Source: an uncultured Collinsella sp.
Lineage (GTDB): Bacteria; Actinomycetota; Coriobacteriia; Coriobacteriales; Coriobacteriaceae
DNA length: 56,474 nucleotides
Assembly: GCA_902478985.1 (NCBI GenBank)
Contig: CABSNH010000001.1
Coordinates: forward strand, 1-56,474
Direction: 5' to 3'
The notes below the pieces were generated by a model. It did not search any database and was not told the DNA's origin. It worked only from the letters and a program-made list of their open reading frames with translations. Both the position numbers and the translations under genes were made by a program. Positions within the stretch are counted from its first letter, which is position 1. Every line of letters begins with the position of its first letter. Positions 9,464 to 19,511 of this stretch are shown piece after piece.

Positions 9464-12400
9464 ATGGCATTTGTCCATCTGCACAATCACACTGTTTTCT
9501 CCATGCTCGACGGCGCAACCCGTATCCAGGATATGGTCAATCGCGCCGTAGAGCTGGGCATGCCCGCCGTGGCCATTACCGATCACGGCTACATGTATGG
9601 CGTGCCCGACTTGGCGCTGGCCTGCGACGCCGTCAACCACAACACGCCCGAGTACAAAACCTGGAGCCACGACAAGGCCTTCTTGGAAAAGGATCGCCGC
9701 GACGAGTTGGTGGAGCCCGATCCCGAGGAAAACCCGCGCGAGCATGCCCAGTATGTGAAGGACATGGCCATGTGGGACGAGAAGGGCAATATCGACGAGC
9801 TCAAGCCACCCCTGGTCATCAAACCCATCTTTGGCTGCGAGGTCTACTTTACGCCGGACGAGACGCTCGCCCGCGACCATAAGCCCGAGCTCTACCACAT
9901 GATCCTTCTGGCCAAGGACCAGGAGGGTTACGTCAACCTGATGCAGACGGTCTCCGAGGCCGCCGTGCAGGGCTTTTACTACAAGCCGCGCGTGACGCTC
10001 GACAACCTGCGCCGCCATGCCAAGGGCATGATCTGCACCAGCGCCTGCATCGCCGGCATCATTCCCAAGTACATCGACCGCGGTGATATGGAGGGCGCCA
10101 TCAAGTGGGCCGAGACTTTCCGTGACACCTTCGAGCCCGGCGACTTTTATATCGAGATCCAGGAACACGGCATCACCACCGACAACGGCCTGACCGACGA
10201 GCAGATGGACCGCACGCTCATCGACATCGCCAAGCAGGTGGGCGTCAAGGTCATCGCCACCAACGACTTCCACTACCTGCGCCGCGAGGACGCGCCCGTG
10301 CAGGACGTCATCATGTGCATTGGCATGAACGCCAAGGTCGACGACCCCAACCGCATGCGCATGACCGGCTCGGAGTTTTACATGAAGACCGAGGAGGAGA
10401 TGCGGGCGATGTTCCCGTATTGCCCCGAGGCCTGCGACAACACGCTCGAGATTGCCGACAAGTGCTATGTGGAGCTGGACTGGGACTCCATCATCCTGCC
10501 GCGCTTCCCGTTGCTCGATCCCGGCGAGACGCACGAGAGCCAGTTCCGCCGCGAGTGCGAGAAGGGCCTGCGCCAACACTACGGTGACGACTGGGCCACA
10601 CGCGAGATCTGTGGCGTCAACATCAAAGAGCGCTTTGAGTACGAATACAAGGTCATCTGCGACAAGGGCTTTGCCGCCTACTTTTTGATCGTCGCCGAGT
10701 ACGTGCAATGGGCCAAGGACAACGGCATCGGCGTCGGTCCCGGCCGTGGCTCGGCCGCCGGCGCTATCGTCGCCTACGCCATGAACATCACTGCGTTCGA
10801 CCCGCTCGAGAACGGCCTGATGTTCGAGAGGTTCCTGTCCCCGCAGCGTACCGAGATGCCCGATATCGATATGGACTTCGACGATGAGCGGCGCCTCGAG
10901 GTCGTGGAGCACGTTCGCCAGCTCTACGGCCCCGAGAAGGTCACCCACGTCATCACCTACTCGACCATTAAGGCCAAGCAGGCCATCAACGACGCCGCGC
11001 GCGTGCTGGACTACCCGGTCTACATGGGCCAGCGCCTGTCCAAGATGGTCTCGAGCGACCCCAAGGTCAAGCTCAAGCAGGTGCTCGAAAAGCAACCCGG
11101 CAAAGAGGATCTGTTTAACCCCGACTTTGCCGAGGCTTATAAAAAGGACGACGACGCCCGCCGCATCATCGACACGGCGCTCTCGATCGAGGGCCTCACC
11201 CGTGGCGAGGGCGTGCACGCGTGCGCCGTCCTGATCTGCCGCGACCCCGTCAACGAGCATGTGCCCACCAAGCTCGATACCAAGGGCGGCGTCGAGATTA
11301 CCCAGTACGAGGGTCATACCGTTGCCGACATGGGCCTGCTCAAGATGGACTTCCTGGGCCTGCGCACGCTGACGGTTATCTCCAAGGCCAAGGCAAACAT
11401 CAAAAAGAACTTCGGCATCGACATCAAAGAGGAAGAGATTCCCTTTGACGACCCCGAGATCTTTAAGCTCATGGGCTCCGGTCACACCGCCGGCGTCTTC
11501 CAGGTCGAGTCCGCCGGCATGACGGCCACGATCAAGAACATGAAGCCCACCGAGTACAAGCACGTCGTGGCATTGATCGCTCTATACCGCCCGGGCCCGC
11601 TGGGCGCCGGCATGGTTTCGTCCTACATCAACCGTATGAACGGCAAGGAGCCGGCCGTCTCCTACGACGACCGCCTGGACGACATCCTGGGCGAAACCTA
11701 CGGCACCATGGTCTACCAGGAGCAGGTTATGCTCATCTCCGTTGAGATGTGCGGCTTCTCCAAGGGCGAATCGGACTCGCGTATCCGTAAGCCCGTGGCT
11801 AAGAAAAAGATCAAGCTACTCACGTCGACGGTGCTCCACTGGGAGGATGGCTCGGACGAGACCACCTACGACCACTGGATGAACGGCGCTATCAAGAACA
11901 ACTACACGCGCGAGGTCGCCCAGAAGATTTGGGACGATGTTCTCGAGTTCGCATCCTACGCCTTCAACAAGTCGCACTCCGCCGGCTACGCCATTCTGGT
12001 TATGCAGACGGCATGGCTCAAGGCGCACTATCCACACGAGTACATGGCGGCCGTCCTGACGTCCTACACGGGCAAGACCGACAAGATCGTGCACTACGTC
12101 TCGGCATGCCGTCACGACGGCATCCCCGTGCTTTCGCCAGATGTCAACGAGTCCGGTACCGAGTTCACGGCTACCAAGGAGGGCGTGCGCTTTGGCCTGG
12201 CCGGCATCCGCGGCGTGGGCACCGGCGTGGCGCAGGCGATTATCGCCGAGCGCGAGGCGGGCGGTCCGTTTAAGACGCTGCACGACTTTGTCGAGCGCGT
12301 GGACTCGAGCCAGGCCAACCGTCGCGTGATCGAATCGCTCATCAAGGCAGGCGCCTTTGACTCCACGGGGTATCCGCGTCGCCAGATGATGCACTTTGTG

Positions 12401-13267
12401 GACAAGAACAACCCCGAGAACATCATCGATGCCGCTGTGAAGCGCCAGAAAGATCGCGCGAGCGGCCAGACGTCGTTCTTCGATATGTTTGGCGACGTTG
12501 AGGGCTCGGGCTTTGAGGTGAGCGTGCCCGACCCGGATGGCCAGGAGTGGGACCGCCACCTTAAGCTGAGCCAGGAGAAGGAGGTTCTGGGCATCTATGT
12601 CTCGGACCACCCGCTGCGCCCGTTTGAGTATGCACTAGCCAAGGCACGCGACTTCTCGTTCTCGCAGATCGATACCGGCTACGAGGTGCAAAACCCCACG
12701 GGCGGTACTATCAACCAGGAGATTCCCGAGGGCAAGGCGCTGTGGTGGGCCGGCATGGTCTCGAGCGTGTCCAAGCGCGTGACCAAAAACGGCGACCCCA
12801 TGGGCATCGTGCAGCTCGAGGACATGGAAGGCGAGGCCACGGTCGTGGTGTTCCCCAAGACCTACAAGGAAGCCGAGGGGTATCTATACGGCGAGGTCGA
12901 TCCCGAGACCGGTGCACAGCTGTCCGATGCGTTTGTGCGCATTAAGGGCAAGCTCGAGCGCTCGGACCGCGGCGACCAGATCATCGCGCAGGAGATCGTG
13001 CCGCTGGAGCTTAACGAGGAGAGCAACAAGCCCAAGGTGTTTGAGGTCATGGTGCCCAACAGCCGCTTTAGCCAGGGCAATATGGCGCGTCTCGCCACGG
13101 TGCTTACCGCCAACCCGGGCGGCGACCGCGTAGAGATCTTTATCGAGCAGGTGGACGGGCGCGTGCTACGTGCCGAGGTGCCGGCGAAGGTCAACGCACG
13201 CTCGATTCCGCTGCTAGCCGAGGCCAAGGCCATCGTCGGCAACCAAGGCCGCGTGACGGTGATCTAA
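9464..13267 (+). CDS. dnaE: DNA polymerase III alpha subunit
   Basis: MAFVHLHNHTVFSMLDG PHP start, GPGRGSAAG, catalytic MPDIDMDF, GLLKMDFLGL, YAFNKSHS, C-terminal OB fold. Confidence 0.97.
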   Translation: MAFVHLHNHTVFSMLDGATRIQDMVNRAVELGMPAVAITDHGYMYGVPDLALACDAVNHNTPEYKTWSHDKAFLEKDRRDELVEPDPEENPREHAQYVKDMAMWDEKGNIDELKPPLVIKPIFGCEVYFTPDETLARDHKPELYHMILLAKDQEGYVNLMQTVSEAAVQGFYYKPRVTLDNLRRHAKGMICTSACIAGIIPKYIDRGDMEGAIKWAETFRDTFEPGDFYIEIQEHGITTDNGLTDEQMDRTLIDIAKQVGVKVIATNDFHYLRREDAPVQDVIMCIGMNAKVDDPNRMRMTGSEFYMKTEEEMRAMFPYCPEACDNTLEIADKCYVELDWDSIILPRFPLLDPGETHESQFRRECEKGLRQHYGDDWATREICGVNIKERFEYEYKVICDKGFAAYFLIVAEYVQWAKDNGIGVGPGRGSAAGAIVAYAMNITAFDPLENGLMFERFLSPQRTEMPDIDMDFDDERRLEVVEHVRQLYGPEKVTHVITYSTIKAKQAINDAARVLDYPVYMGQRLSKMVSSDPKVKLKQVLEKQPGKEDLFNPDFAEAYKKDDDARRIIDTALSIEGLTRGEGVHACAVLICRDPVNEHVPTKLDTKGGVEITQYEGHTVADMGLLKMDFLGLRTLTVISKAKANIKKNFGIDIKEEEIPFDDPEIFKLMGSGHTAGVFQVESAGMTATIKNMKPTEYKHVVALIALYRPGPLGAGMVSSYINRMNGKEPAVSYDDRLDDILGETYGTMVYQEQVMLISVEMCGFSKGESDSRIRKPVAKKKIKLLTSTVLHWEDGSDETTYDHWMNGAIKNNYTREVAQKIWDDVLEFASYAFNKSHSAGYAILVMQTAWLKAHYPHEYMAAVLTSYTGKTDKIVHYVSACRHDGIPVLSPDVNESGTEFTATKEGVRFGLAGIRGVGTGVAQAIIAEREAGGPFKTLHDFVERVDSSQANRRVIESLIKAGAFDSTGYPRRQMMHFVDKNNPENIIDAAVKRQKDRASGQTSFFDMFGDVEGSGFEVSVPDPDGQEWDRHLKLSQEKEVLGIYVSDHPLRPFEYALAKARDFSFSQIDTGYEVQNPTGGTINQEIPEGKALWWAGMVSSVSKRVTKNGDPMGIVQLEDMEGEATVVVFPKTYKEAEGYLYGEVDPETGAQLSDAFVRIKGKLERSDRGDQIIAQEIVPLELNEESNKPKVFEVMVPNSRFSQGNMARLATVLTANPGGDRVEIFIEQVDGRVLRAEVPAKVNARSIPLLAEAKAIVGNQGRVTVI

Positions 13268-13379
13268 AATGATTTTTCTGGGACGGGGATTAAAAAATCA
13301 TTTTGGGTGACGTGTGGCGGAAGACCAGTTTTTCTGGGACGGGAATGATTTTTTCATCCCCGTCCCAGAAAAATCATTT
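13267..13379. repeat. GGGACGG-core REP-like palindrome, 24-bp perfect inverted repeat plus an internal third partial copy
   Basis: AAATGATTTTTCTGGGACGGGGAT (13267-13290) and ATCCCCGTCCCAGAAAAATCATTT (13356-13379); TTTTTCTGGGACGGG again at 13329-13343. Confidence 0.8.
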
Positions 13380-13402
13380 GGCGTGCGAGATTGGAGGAAG
13401 TG

Positions 13403-16400
13403 ATGGCACAGGGGACGTTTGCGCAGGCGCTTCGTAAGGAGGCGGCGCTCAGCAGTACCTTTATGAAGGGGCGCTCGCTCATGCTCAACGGCGCCGTGCT
13501 GTCGTTTGAGGACTCCGGCTCGCGCTTCTCCAAAAATGTGACTATCGAGGGCACGGTGCGCGGCTCGCGCGGCGACCTGTACAAGACGCACGTGGCGCTC
13601 GACATGGACGAGCACGAGGTTATCGACTACGACTGCGATTGCCCCGCCGCCTTCCGCTATTCCGGCATGTGCAAGCACGCTATCGCCACGGCGCTGGCGT
13701 ATCTGGATGCCAGCGGCGCCGAGCCCGTTGAGGGCCTGCGCACGCCGGTCCGCACGTTTACGGCACCGCCCGTACAATCCAAACAGCCCACACGCCCCGC
13801 GCCCACCGCATCTGCGGTCAACCCCAACTTTCCCTTCCCGGCACCCGTCCCCACGAGCCCGAGCCTTGTGGCGGCGCTTTCCGATCTTTCGGACGCGCGC
13901 ATGGACGAGCTCGTGGCTATGCGTCGCAAGTTCGCCAGCACCATTGACCCCGATGCGCCCAAGGCAGTGCTGGAGCCCTCGCTGGTGCCGTACTACAATC
14001 CGCTGTTTGCCGATCGTTTTAACTGGGCGTTCGAGTTTCGCATTCGCTGCGGTTCGGTGTCCTACGTGGTTAAGGATATCGACGGCATGGCCGATGCCTA
14101 TGTGCGCGGCGGTACGTTCTCCTATGGCAAGAAGCTTACGTTTGCCCATGTGCCCGAGGCTTTCGATGACGTGTCGACAAAGCTGCTCGACTTTATCGCA
14201 ATGACGGTCGCCTACCTAGGCGATATTACGAGCTCGCGCTCGGCATCGTATGACTTTGCCCGCAGCGGCTTTGTCGCCGAGCGTCAGTTGCCGGTATCCG
14301 AGTATTCCGTCGTGTCCGTGCTGGACCTGCTGTGTGGCAGGTCCATGTCCTTTGAGCCCGCTTGGTCGCGGGGGACGACGATGCATCGCTCCTACGAGGT
14401 GGAAGTCGAGCCGTCGCCGCAGGGGGAGGGCGAAGTCCCGGCTAAGCGCCCGCCGCTTCTTGCCGCCAAGATTGCACCGGCGGCGGGAGGCAGCTACGAC
14501 TTGCGCCTTCCGGCCGATACGCATTGCTTTGTCGCGAGCGACGCAGCCTATCTGGTCGATACGCGCCGCGCGCGCCGTACCGACACGGCGTTTGCCCAAC
14601 GTGCGGCGCCGTTCCTTTCGCACTTGTTGCCCTGCCGCACGCCGGTCCATATCGCCGCCGACCAGGTGGGCGAGTTCTGCCGCATGGCGCTGCCTATCTT
14701 GCGCGACTACACCGACCTGACCGCGCCCGCTGCGCTCGACGCCGTGGCGCCCGAGCCGAGTTTTGCCATGGCGATTGGCGTCGACGATGGTCTTGTGACC
14801 TGCAAGATTACGGTGACCTACGGTGATTGGTCGGCAGATCTCTTTAGTCTTGGTGCTCCGGGCAGTCCTTTCGAAGAGCAACGTCCCGGCGTTCCGCCCC
14901 GCGATACGGTGGCGGAGTTTCGCGTTATGGACACGGCGGCCCTGTACTTCGATTTCTACGAGGGCGGCCTGGCGTTTGAGGAGCGCGACGACGCCCGCCT
15001 GTTCCACTTGCTGACCGAGGGCCTGTCTGCCCTGTCCGAGCTGGGCGAGGTCATGCTCAGCGACCGCCTGCGCCAGATTTCGGTCCGCCCTGCGCCCAAG
15101 CTCTCGGTGCGCGCCACCGTCAAGAGCAACTTGCTCGACGTCGAGCTAGGTGCGAGCGGGCTTTCGGCGGCCGACCTTGCCATCTACCTCGACTCCTATA
15201 AGCGTCACCAGACGTTTGCGCGTCTCACGTCCGGCGATATCGTGCGCCTAGACGAGGGAGCTCGCGCCGCGTTTGGCCTTGCCGAGGACTTGGGCGTCGA
15301 TGCCGTCGACCTGCTCGATGGCGTGTCGCTTCCCGCGTCGAGCACCCTTTTTGTCGACAGCATGCTTGCGCGCACGCCGGCGCTCGAGGCCGATCGCGAC
15401 GCCGCATTCCGCCGCACCGCCGAGCGCCTGGACACGCTCGGCAAGATGGACTTTACGGTACCCGCCTCGCTCAAGGCTACGCTGCGTGGCTACCAGGTCG
15501 ACGGCTACCAGTGGCTCGGCTCGCTTGAGCATTTGGGCCTTGGCGGCATCTTGGCCGACGATATGGGCCTGGGCAAAACGCTGCAGATGATCGCGCACAT
15601 TCTGGCGCGCGTGGAGGCGGGGGACACCAAGCCCACGCTCGTGGTATGCCCCGCGTCGCTCGTGTACAACTGGGCTGCCGAGTTGGAGCGCTTTGCCCCC
15701 TCGCTTGATGTGTGCGCCATCGTGGGCGCCAAGGCCCAGCGTCGCGTGCAAATTGCCGGTGCCGCCGAGCATAACGTGGTCGTGACGTCGTATGACCTCA
15801 TGCGCCGCGACATCGACGAATACGTCGAGCAGGACTTTGCTCGCGTGGTGCTCGACGAGGCCCAGTACATTAAAAACCCGCTCACCCAGGTGGCCCGTGC
15901 TGCCAAGCGCCTGCCGGCCGGCGTGCGCTTTGCCTTGACGGGCACACCCATCGAAAACCGTCTGTCCGAGCTCTGGAGCATCTTCGACTTTTTGATGCCG
16001 GGCCTTCTGGGCACGCGCGACTCATTTGCCAAGCGCTTTGAGGGTCCCGTCGAGCATGCCGAGGGTGACAGCGCCGCTCGTCTGCAGGCGCTCGTGTCGC
16101 CGTTTGTGCTGCGTCGCGTCAAGGAAGATGTGGTGGCCGACCTGCCCGAGAAGATCGAGGATACGGTGATGGCTCAGCTCACCGGCGAACAGCGCAAGCT
16201 CTACCTGGCCAACCAGGACCGCATCGCCCAGCAGGTGCAGCACCGCGAGGCCGGGGAGTTTAAGAAAGATAAGCTCAAGGTGCTTGCCGAGCTCACCAAG
16301 CTGCGCCAGATCTGTTGCGACCCGCATTTGCACTATGCGGACTACAAGGCGGGAAGCGCTAAGCTCGATACGTGTATGGAGCTCGTTCACGGCGCGCTCG

Positions 16401-16876
16401 ACGGCGGTCATCGCATCTTGCTGTTCAGCCAGTTTACGGGCATGCTCGATATCATTGGCAAGCGCCTGGCCAAGGAGGACATCGCCTTCCTTAAGCTCAC
16501 GGGCGCATCGTCTAAGGAGAGCCGCGCCAAGATGGTTGCGCAGTTCCAGGCAGGCGAGGTGCCGGTGTTCTTGATTTCGCTCAAGGCGGGCGGCGTGGGC
16601 CTTAATTTGACGGCTGCCGACGTGGTCATCCACTACGACCCGTGGTGGAACGTGGCGGCGCAGGACCAAGCGACCGACCGTGCCCACCGTATTGGCCAGC
16701 AGCACACCGTGACCGTGTACAAACTCATCGCCAAGGACACGATCGAGGAACGCATTATGCAGATGCAGGAGTCCAAGCGCGATCTGGTCAACAGCGTGCT
16801 CGGCGGCGACGGCATCTCATCGGCACTGTTTACGCGCGAGGATGTTCTGGCACTGCTCGGTGGCGACGGTCGCTAG
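13403..16876 (+). CDS. SWIM zinc finger / SNF2 family helicase
   Basis: CDCPA...MCKH SWIM motif; LADDMGLGKT, DEAQ, LTGTPIENRL, SLKAGGVGLNLT, QATDRAHRIGQ; GGAGGA RBS. Confidence 0.93.
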   Translation: MAQGTFAQALRKEAALSSTFMKGRSLMLNGAVLSFEDSGSRFSKNVTIEGTVRGSRGDLYKTHVALDMDEHEVIDYDCDCPAAFRYSGMCKHAIATALAYLDASGAEPVEGLRTPVRTFTAPPVQSKQPTRPAPTASAVNPNFPFPAPVPTSPSLVAALSDLSDARMDELVAMRRKFASTIDPDAPKAVLEPSLVPYYNPLFADRFNWAFEFRIRCGSVSYVVKDIDGMADAYVRGGTFSYGKKLTFAHVPEAFDDVSTKLLDFIAMTVAYLGDITSSRSASYDFARSGFVAERQLPVSEYSVVSVLDLLCGRSMSFEPAWSRGTTMHRSYEVEVEPSPQGEGEVPAKRPPLLAAKIAPAAGGSYDLRLPADTHCFVASDAAYLVDTRRARRTDTAFAQRAAPFLSHLLPCRTPVHIAADQVGEFCRMALPILRDYTDLTAPAALDAVAPEPSFAMAIGVDDGLVTCKITVTYGDWSADLFSLGAPGSPFEEQRPGVPPRDTVAEFRVMDTAALYFDFYEGGLAFEERDDARLFHLLTEGLSALSELGEVMLSDRLRQISVRPAPKLSVRATVKSNLLDVELGASGLSAADLAIYLDSYKRHQTFARLTSGDIVRLDEGARAAFGLAEDLGVDAVDLLDGVSLPASSTLFVDSMLARTPALEADRDAAFRRTAERLDTLGKMDFTVPASLKATLRGYQVDGYQWLGSLEHLGLGGILADDMGLGKTLQMIAHILARVEAGDTKPTLVVCPASLVYNWAAELERFAPSLDVCAIVGAKAQRRVQIAGAAEHNVVVTSYDLMRRDIDEYVEQDFARVVLDEAQYIKNPLTQVARAAKRLPAGVRFALTGTPIENRLSELWSIFDFLMPGLLGTRDSFAKRFEGPVEHAEGDSAARLQALVSPFVLRRVKEDVVADLPEKIEDTVMAQLTGEQRKLYLANQDRIAQQVQHREAGEFKKDKLKVLAELTKLRQICCDPHLHYADYKAGSAKLDTCMELVHGALDGGHRILLFSQFTGMLDIIGKRLAKEDIAFLKLTGASSKESRAKMVAQFQAGEVPVFLISLKAGGVGLNLTAADVVIHYDPWWNVAAQDQATDRAHRIGQQHTVTVYKLIAKDTIEERIMQMQESKRDLVNSVLGGDGISSALFTREDVLALLGGDGR

Positions 16877-17041
16877 CTGCGCGCGGGATGGGGCTGCCGA
16901 GTCGGACCAGGTCACCGGTTCGTCCTGGCCCGACCGCTTGCCGCGCCCGTTATGTGTTCATTTGCCATGCCGTGGATGGTTCGCCTGCCTTTGGGCATAA
17001 GAAGCATCAGGAATATTGGCACATCAGCAAAGGAGAACATC

Positions 17042-17404
17042 ATGGCGAAATTCTTTAAGGATTCCAATGGCAAGCTCGTTGCCGCCCTTGGCGACGGCGT
17101 TGCGACCCCTGCCGGCTGCACGGAGCTGACGGCAAACACCGAGGATGCGGCGCACGAGAAGCACGTGCCTGTTGTCGAGATCGAGCGCGACGGCCACGTT
17201 ATTCGTGCGCGCGTGGGCTCGACGGAGCACCCCATGCTGCCCGAGCACTACATCGAGTGGATCGCGCTTGAGGCCGAGGGCCGCCTGGAGATCCATTACC
17301 TTGAGCCCGGCATGAAGCCCACGACGTTTTTCGCTGGCGGCTCCAAGACCGGTACCGTCTATGCCTACTGCAACCTGCATGGGCTGTGGTCCGCGACGTT
17401 CTAG
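17042..17404 (+). CDS. Superoxide reductase (desulfoferrodoxin family) lacking the N-terminal Cys4 centre
   Basis: EKHVP, HPM..EHYI, CNLHG iron ligands; AAGGAG RBS; only one Cys in the N-terminal part. Confidence 0.9.
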   Translation: MAKFFKDSNGKLVAALGDGVATPAGCTELTANTEDAAHEKHVPVVEIERDGHVIRARVGSTEHPMLPEHYIEWIALEAEGRLEIHYLEPGMKPTTFFAGGSKTGTVYAYCNLHGLWSATF

Positions 17405-17450
17405 GAGCGCGCCCCCGCTCGGGGTATCATAGCTAGCATATGCACATGCG

Positions 17451-17482
17451 AGCGCCGGCTGCATTATGCGGCCGGCGCTTTT
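17451..17482 (+). terminator. Rho-independent terminator
   Basis: AGCGCCGGCTGCA-TTA-TGCGGCCGGCGCT followed by T-run. Confidence 0.75.
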
Positions 17483-17521
17483 ACTACGACAACGACGATT
17501 TACGACGGAAAGGGCTTGGCC

Positions 17522-19507
17522 ATGAAGCTCGCACTTGCACAGATCGATATGCGCCTGGGTGACATCGAAGGCATTTGCGGCCGCATCGAGGACCAGGCTC
17601 GCCTGGCTCATGAGCGCGGCGCGCGCGTGCTGTGCGTTCCGGCCCCGCTCTTTATGGGCGCCATGCCGGGCAGCCTGGTGGGCGCTGCCGATTTTGAGCA
17701 CGATATGCTGACGGGCCTGACGGGCGTTGCCGAGCGCATCCAAGAGCTCGATATGATCTGCATCGTGCCCGCTGCGGTTTCATTTGAGGGCCAGCCCCTG
17801 CTTGACTATATGATGCTTAAGGATGGTCGCGTGGTGCCTGCGCGCGCAAGTATTGCCCTGCAGCGCGGTGAGAACAACGACACACGTTGGGCACCGCCGG
17901 TGTTTGACGTGGACGGCGTGCGCATCGCTGTGGTGTTTGACCTGGATCGCGAGCTCGAGATGCTGCCGACCGGCGTCGACCTCATTGCCTATTTCCAGTT
18001 TAATGCGTTTGACATGACCGATCGCGAGACCGCCGCCGTCGCCGCCGTGCGCAGCGGTGCCTACCGCAAGATCGCCTCCAAGCGCAGCGTATGGTTTGCC
18101 TGCATGGCTCCGGTCGGCGCCTATGACGAGTCGGTGTATACCGGCGGGTCGTTTGTGCTCGACGATTGCGGTCGCGTGGTGGCCCAGGCGCCGTGTTTTG
18201 AGGAGAGCCTGCTGGTTCAGGAGATTCAACGCGGCGTGATGCTCGATGCCCTGGAGGACCACGAGCTGCCCGAGTTTCGCTCCGAGGAATGGCTGTGGCA
18301 GGCGCTGGTGCTTGCCGTGCGCGACAATGCTCGCGCTCGCGGTGCGTCGCGTGCCGTGGTGGCGCTCGAGGGCGATCTGCCGTCGTCCCTGTTGGCGGCG
18401 CTCGCCGTCGACGCCTTGGGTCCGCGTAATGTGATTGGCCTGGTGCTGGGGCGCAATCGCATCTTTACGCCGGCGCAGGAGGAGGCAGAGGCCGCCCGCT
18501 GTTCTGCTGTGCGCTCAATCGCCGAGCGCTTGCACATTCGCACCGTCGAGCGCGATGCGCCGGATGCGACGCGCGTGCTCGACCGCGACATGTCGGCGGG
18601 CGATGCCGAACGCCTGCGTTCGCGCGCGCTGGGCCTGATGCTCGAGGATACGGCGCTCGAGCTGGGCGCCATGGCGTTGAGCCCGCTTTCCAAGACTGAG
18701 TACGCACTGGCGGCGCCCGCGCTGTCCGGCGGCTATCAGGGCGACTTTGCGCCCTTTGGCGATGTGTATCTGTCGACGCTCGAGTTTGTGGCACGCGTGC
18801 GCAACCGTGCCTCGGCCGTGGTGCCCCAAGAGCTCGTGACGCTCAACGCGGTAGAGGATTGCATGGATCGCGTGCTGGCGCAGGCACTCTCGATGCTCGC
18901 CGGCCCGGTTGATATGCTCGATCGTGCGGCGCAGCTGCTGGGCGGGCTTGAGCCGGGCGAGGTCGATGGTGCGCTCGAGTCGCACGTGGACCGCAACCGT
19001 CCCTTTGACGACATCCCGATGGCCGCCGCCAAGCCCGAGGCCTGCTCGCTGCTGCTGATGCTCGTGCGCCAGGGTGAGGCTGCCCGTCGCATGTTACCGA
19101 CGGTGCCGATCGTTTCGGCCCGTTCGTTTGTCGAGCGCGCCTGGCCGTACATGCTTGCGTGGTCCGATCTGGGGCTCAACGGTAAGGAGCGCATGACGGT
19201 TGATTCTCTGGCACGCGCCGAAGTGCGCCGCTTTGCCGACGACGATACGAGTGACCGTATGCGCGGCGAGATGATGGGCATATTGGGCGAGCTGTTGGGT
19301 ATTTCGCCCGAGCAGATGGAAGAGCTGCGCTCCGAGGACGGTCAGCGTCGTCTGCACGAGGGCATGAAGCGGTTTGAGGGCGAGGTCCAGGACGCCATTG
19401 ATAAGATGATGGGCGGTCAGGGCGGACCGCAGGGTGGGCCCCAGGACACGCCGATGCCGCATCCGCCGGTGGATCCGAGGCAGTTTCCGTTCTTCTCGCA
19501 GAACTAA
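17522..19507 (+). CDS. Glutamine-dependent NAD+ synthetase-like protein (CN-hydrolase plus NAD synthase folds) with degenerate catalytic motifs
   Basis: KLALAQID..GDIEG, GGSFVLDDCG..VAQAPCFEE, LAVDALGPRNVIG, FAPFGDVY match the NadE layout; SGGxDS is replaced by EGDLPSS. Confidence 0.75.
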   Translation: MKLALAQIDMRLGDIEGICGRIEDQARLAHERGARVLCVPAPLFMGAMPGSLVGAADFEHDMLTGLTGVAERIQELDMICIVPAAVSFEGQPLLDYMMLKDGRVVPARASIALQRGENNDTRWAPPVFDVDGVRIAVVFDLDRELEMLPTGVDLIAYFQFNAFDMTDRETAAVAAVRSGAYRKIASKRSVWFACMAPVGAYDESVYTGGSFVLDDCGRVVAQAPCFEESLLVQEIQRGVMLDALEDHELPEFRSEEWLWQALVLAVRDNARARGASRAVVALEGDLPSSLLAALAVDALGPRNVIGLVLGRNRIFTPAQEEAEAARCSAVRSIAERLHIRTVERDAPDATRVLDRDMSAGDAERLRSRALGLMLEDTALELGAMALSPLSKTEYALAAPALSGGYQGDFAPFGDVYLSTLEFVARVRNRASAVVPQELVTLNAVEDCMDRVLAQALSMLAGPVDMLDRAAQLLGGLEPGEVDGALESHVDRNRPFDDIPMAAAKPEACSLLLMLVRQGEAARRMLPTVPIVSARSFVERAWPYMLAWSDLGLNGKERMTVDSLARAEVRRFADDDTSDRMRGEMMGILGELLGISPEQMEELRSEDGQRRLHEGMKRFEGEVQDAIDKMMGGQGGPQGGPQDTPMPHPPVDPRQFPFFSQN

Positions 19508-19511
19508 AAAT

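Noticed and set aside
9620..9815. Intein in DnaE
   Set aside because: Too short, and no HN-C/S/T splice motif.
13403..16876. SNF2 helicase as part of an anti-phage system
   Set aside because: SWIM-SNF2 type in housekeeping context with no methylase, nuclease or other defence partners adjacent.
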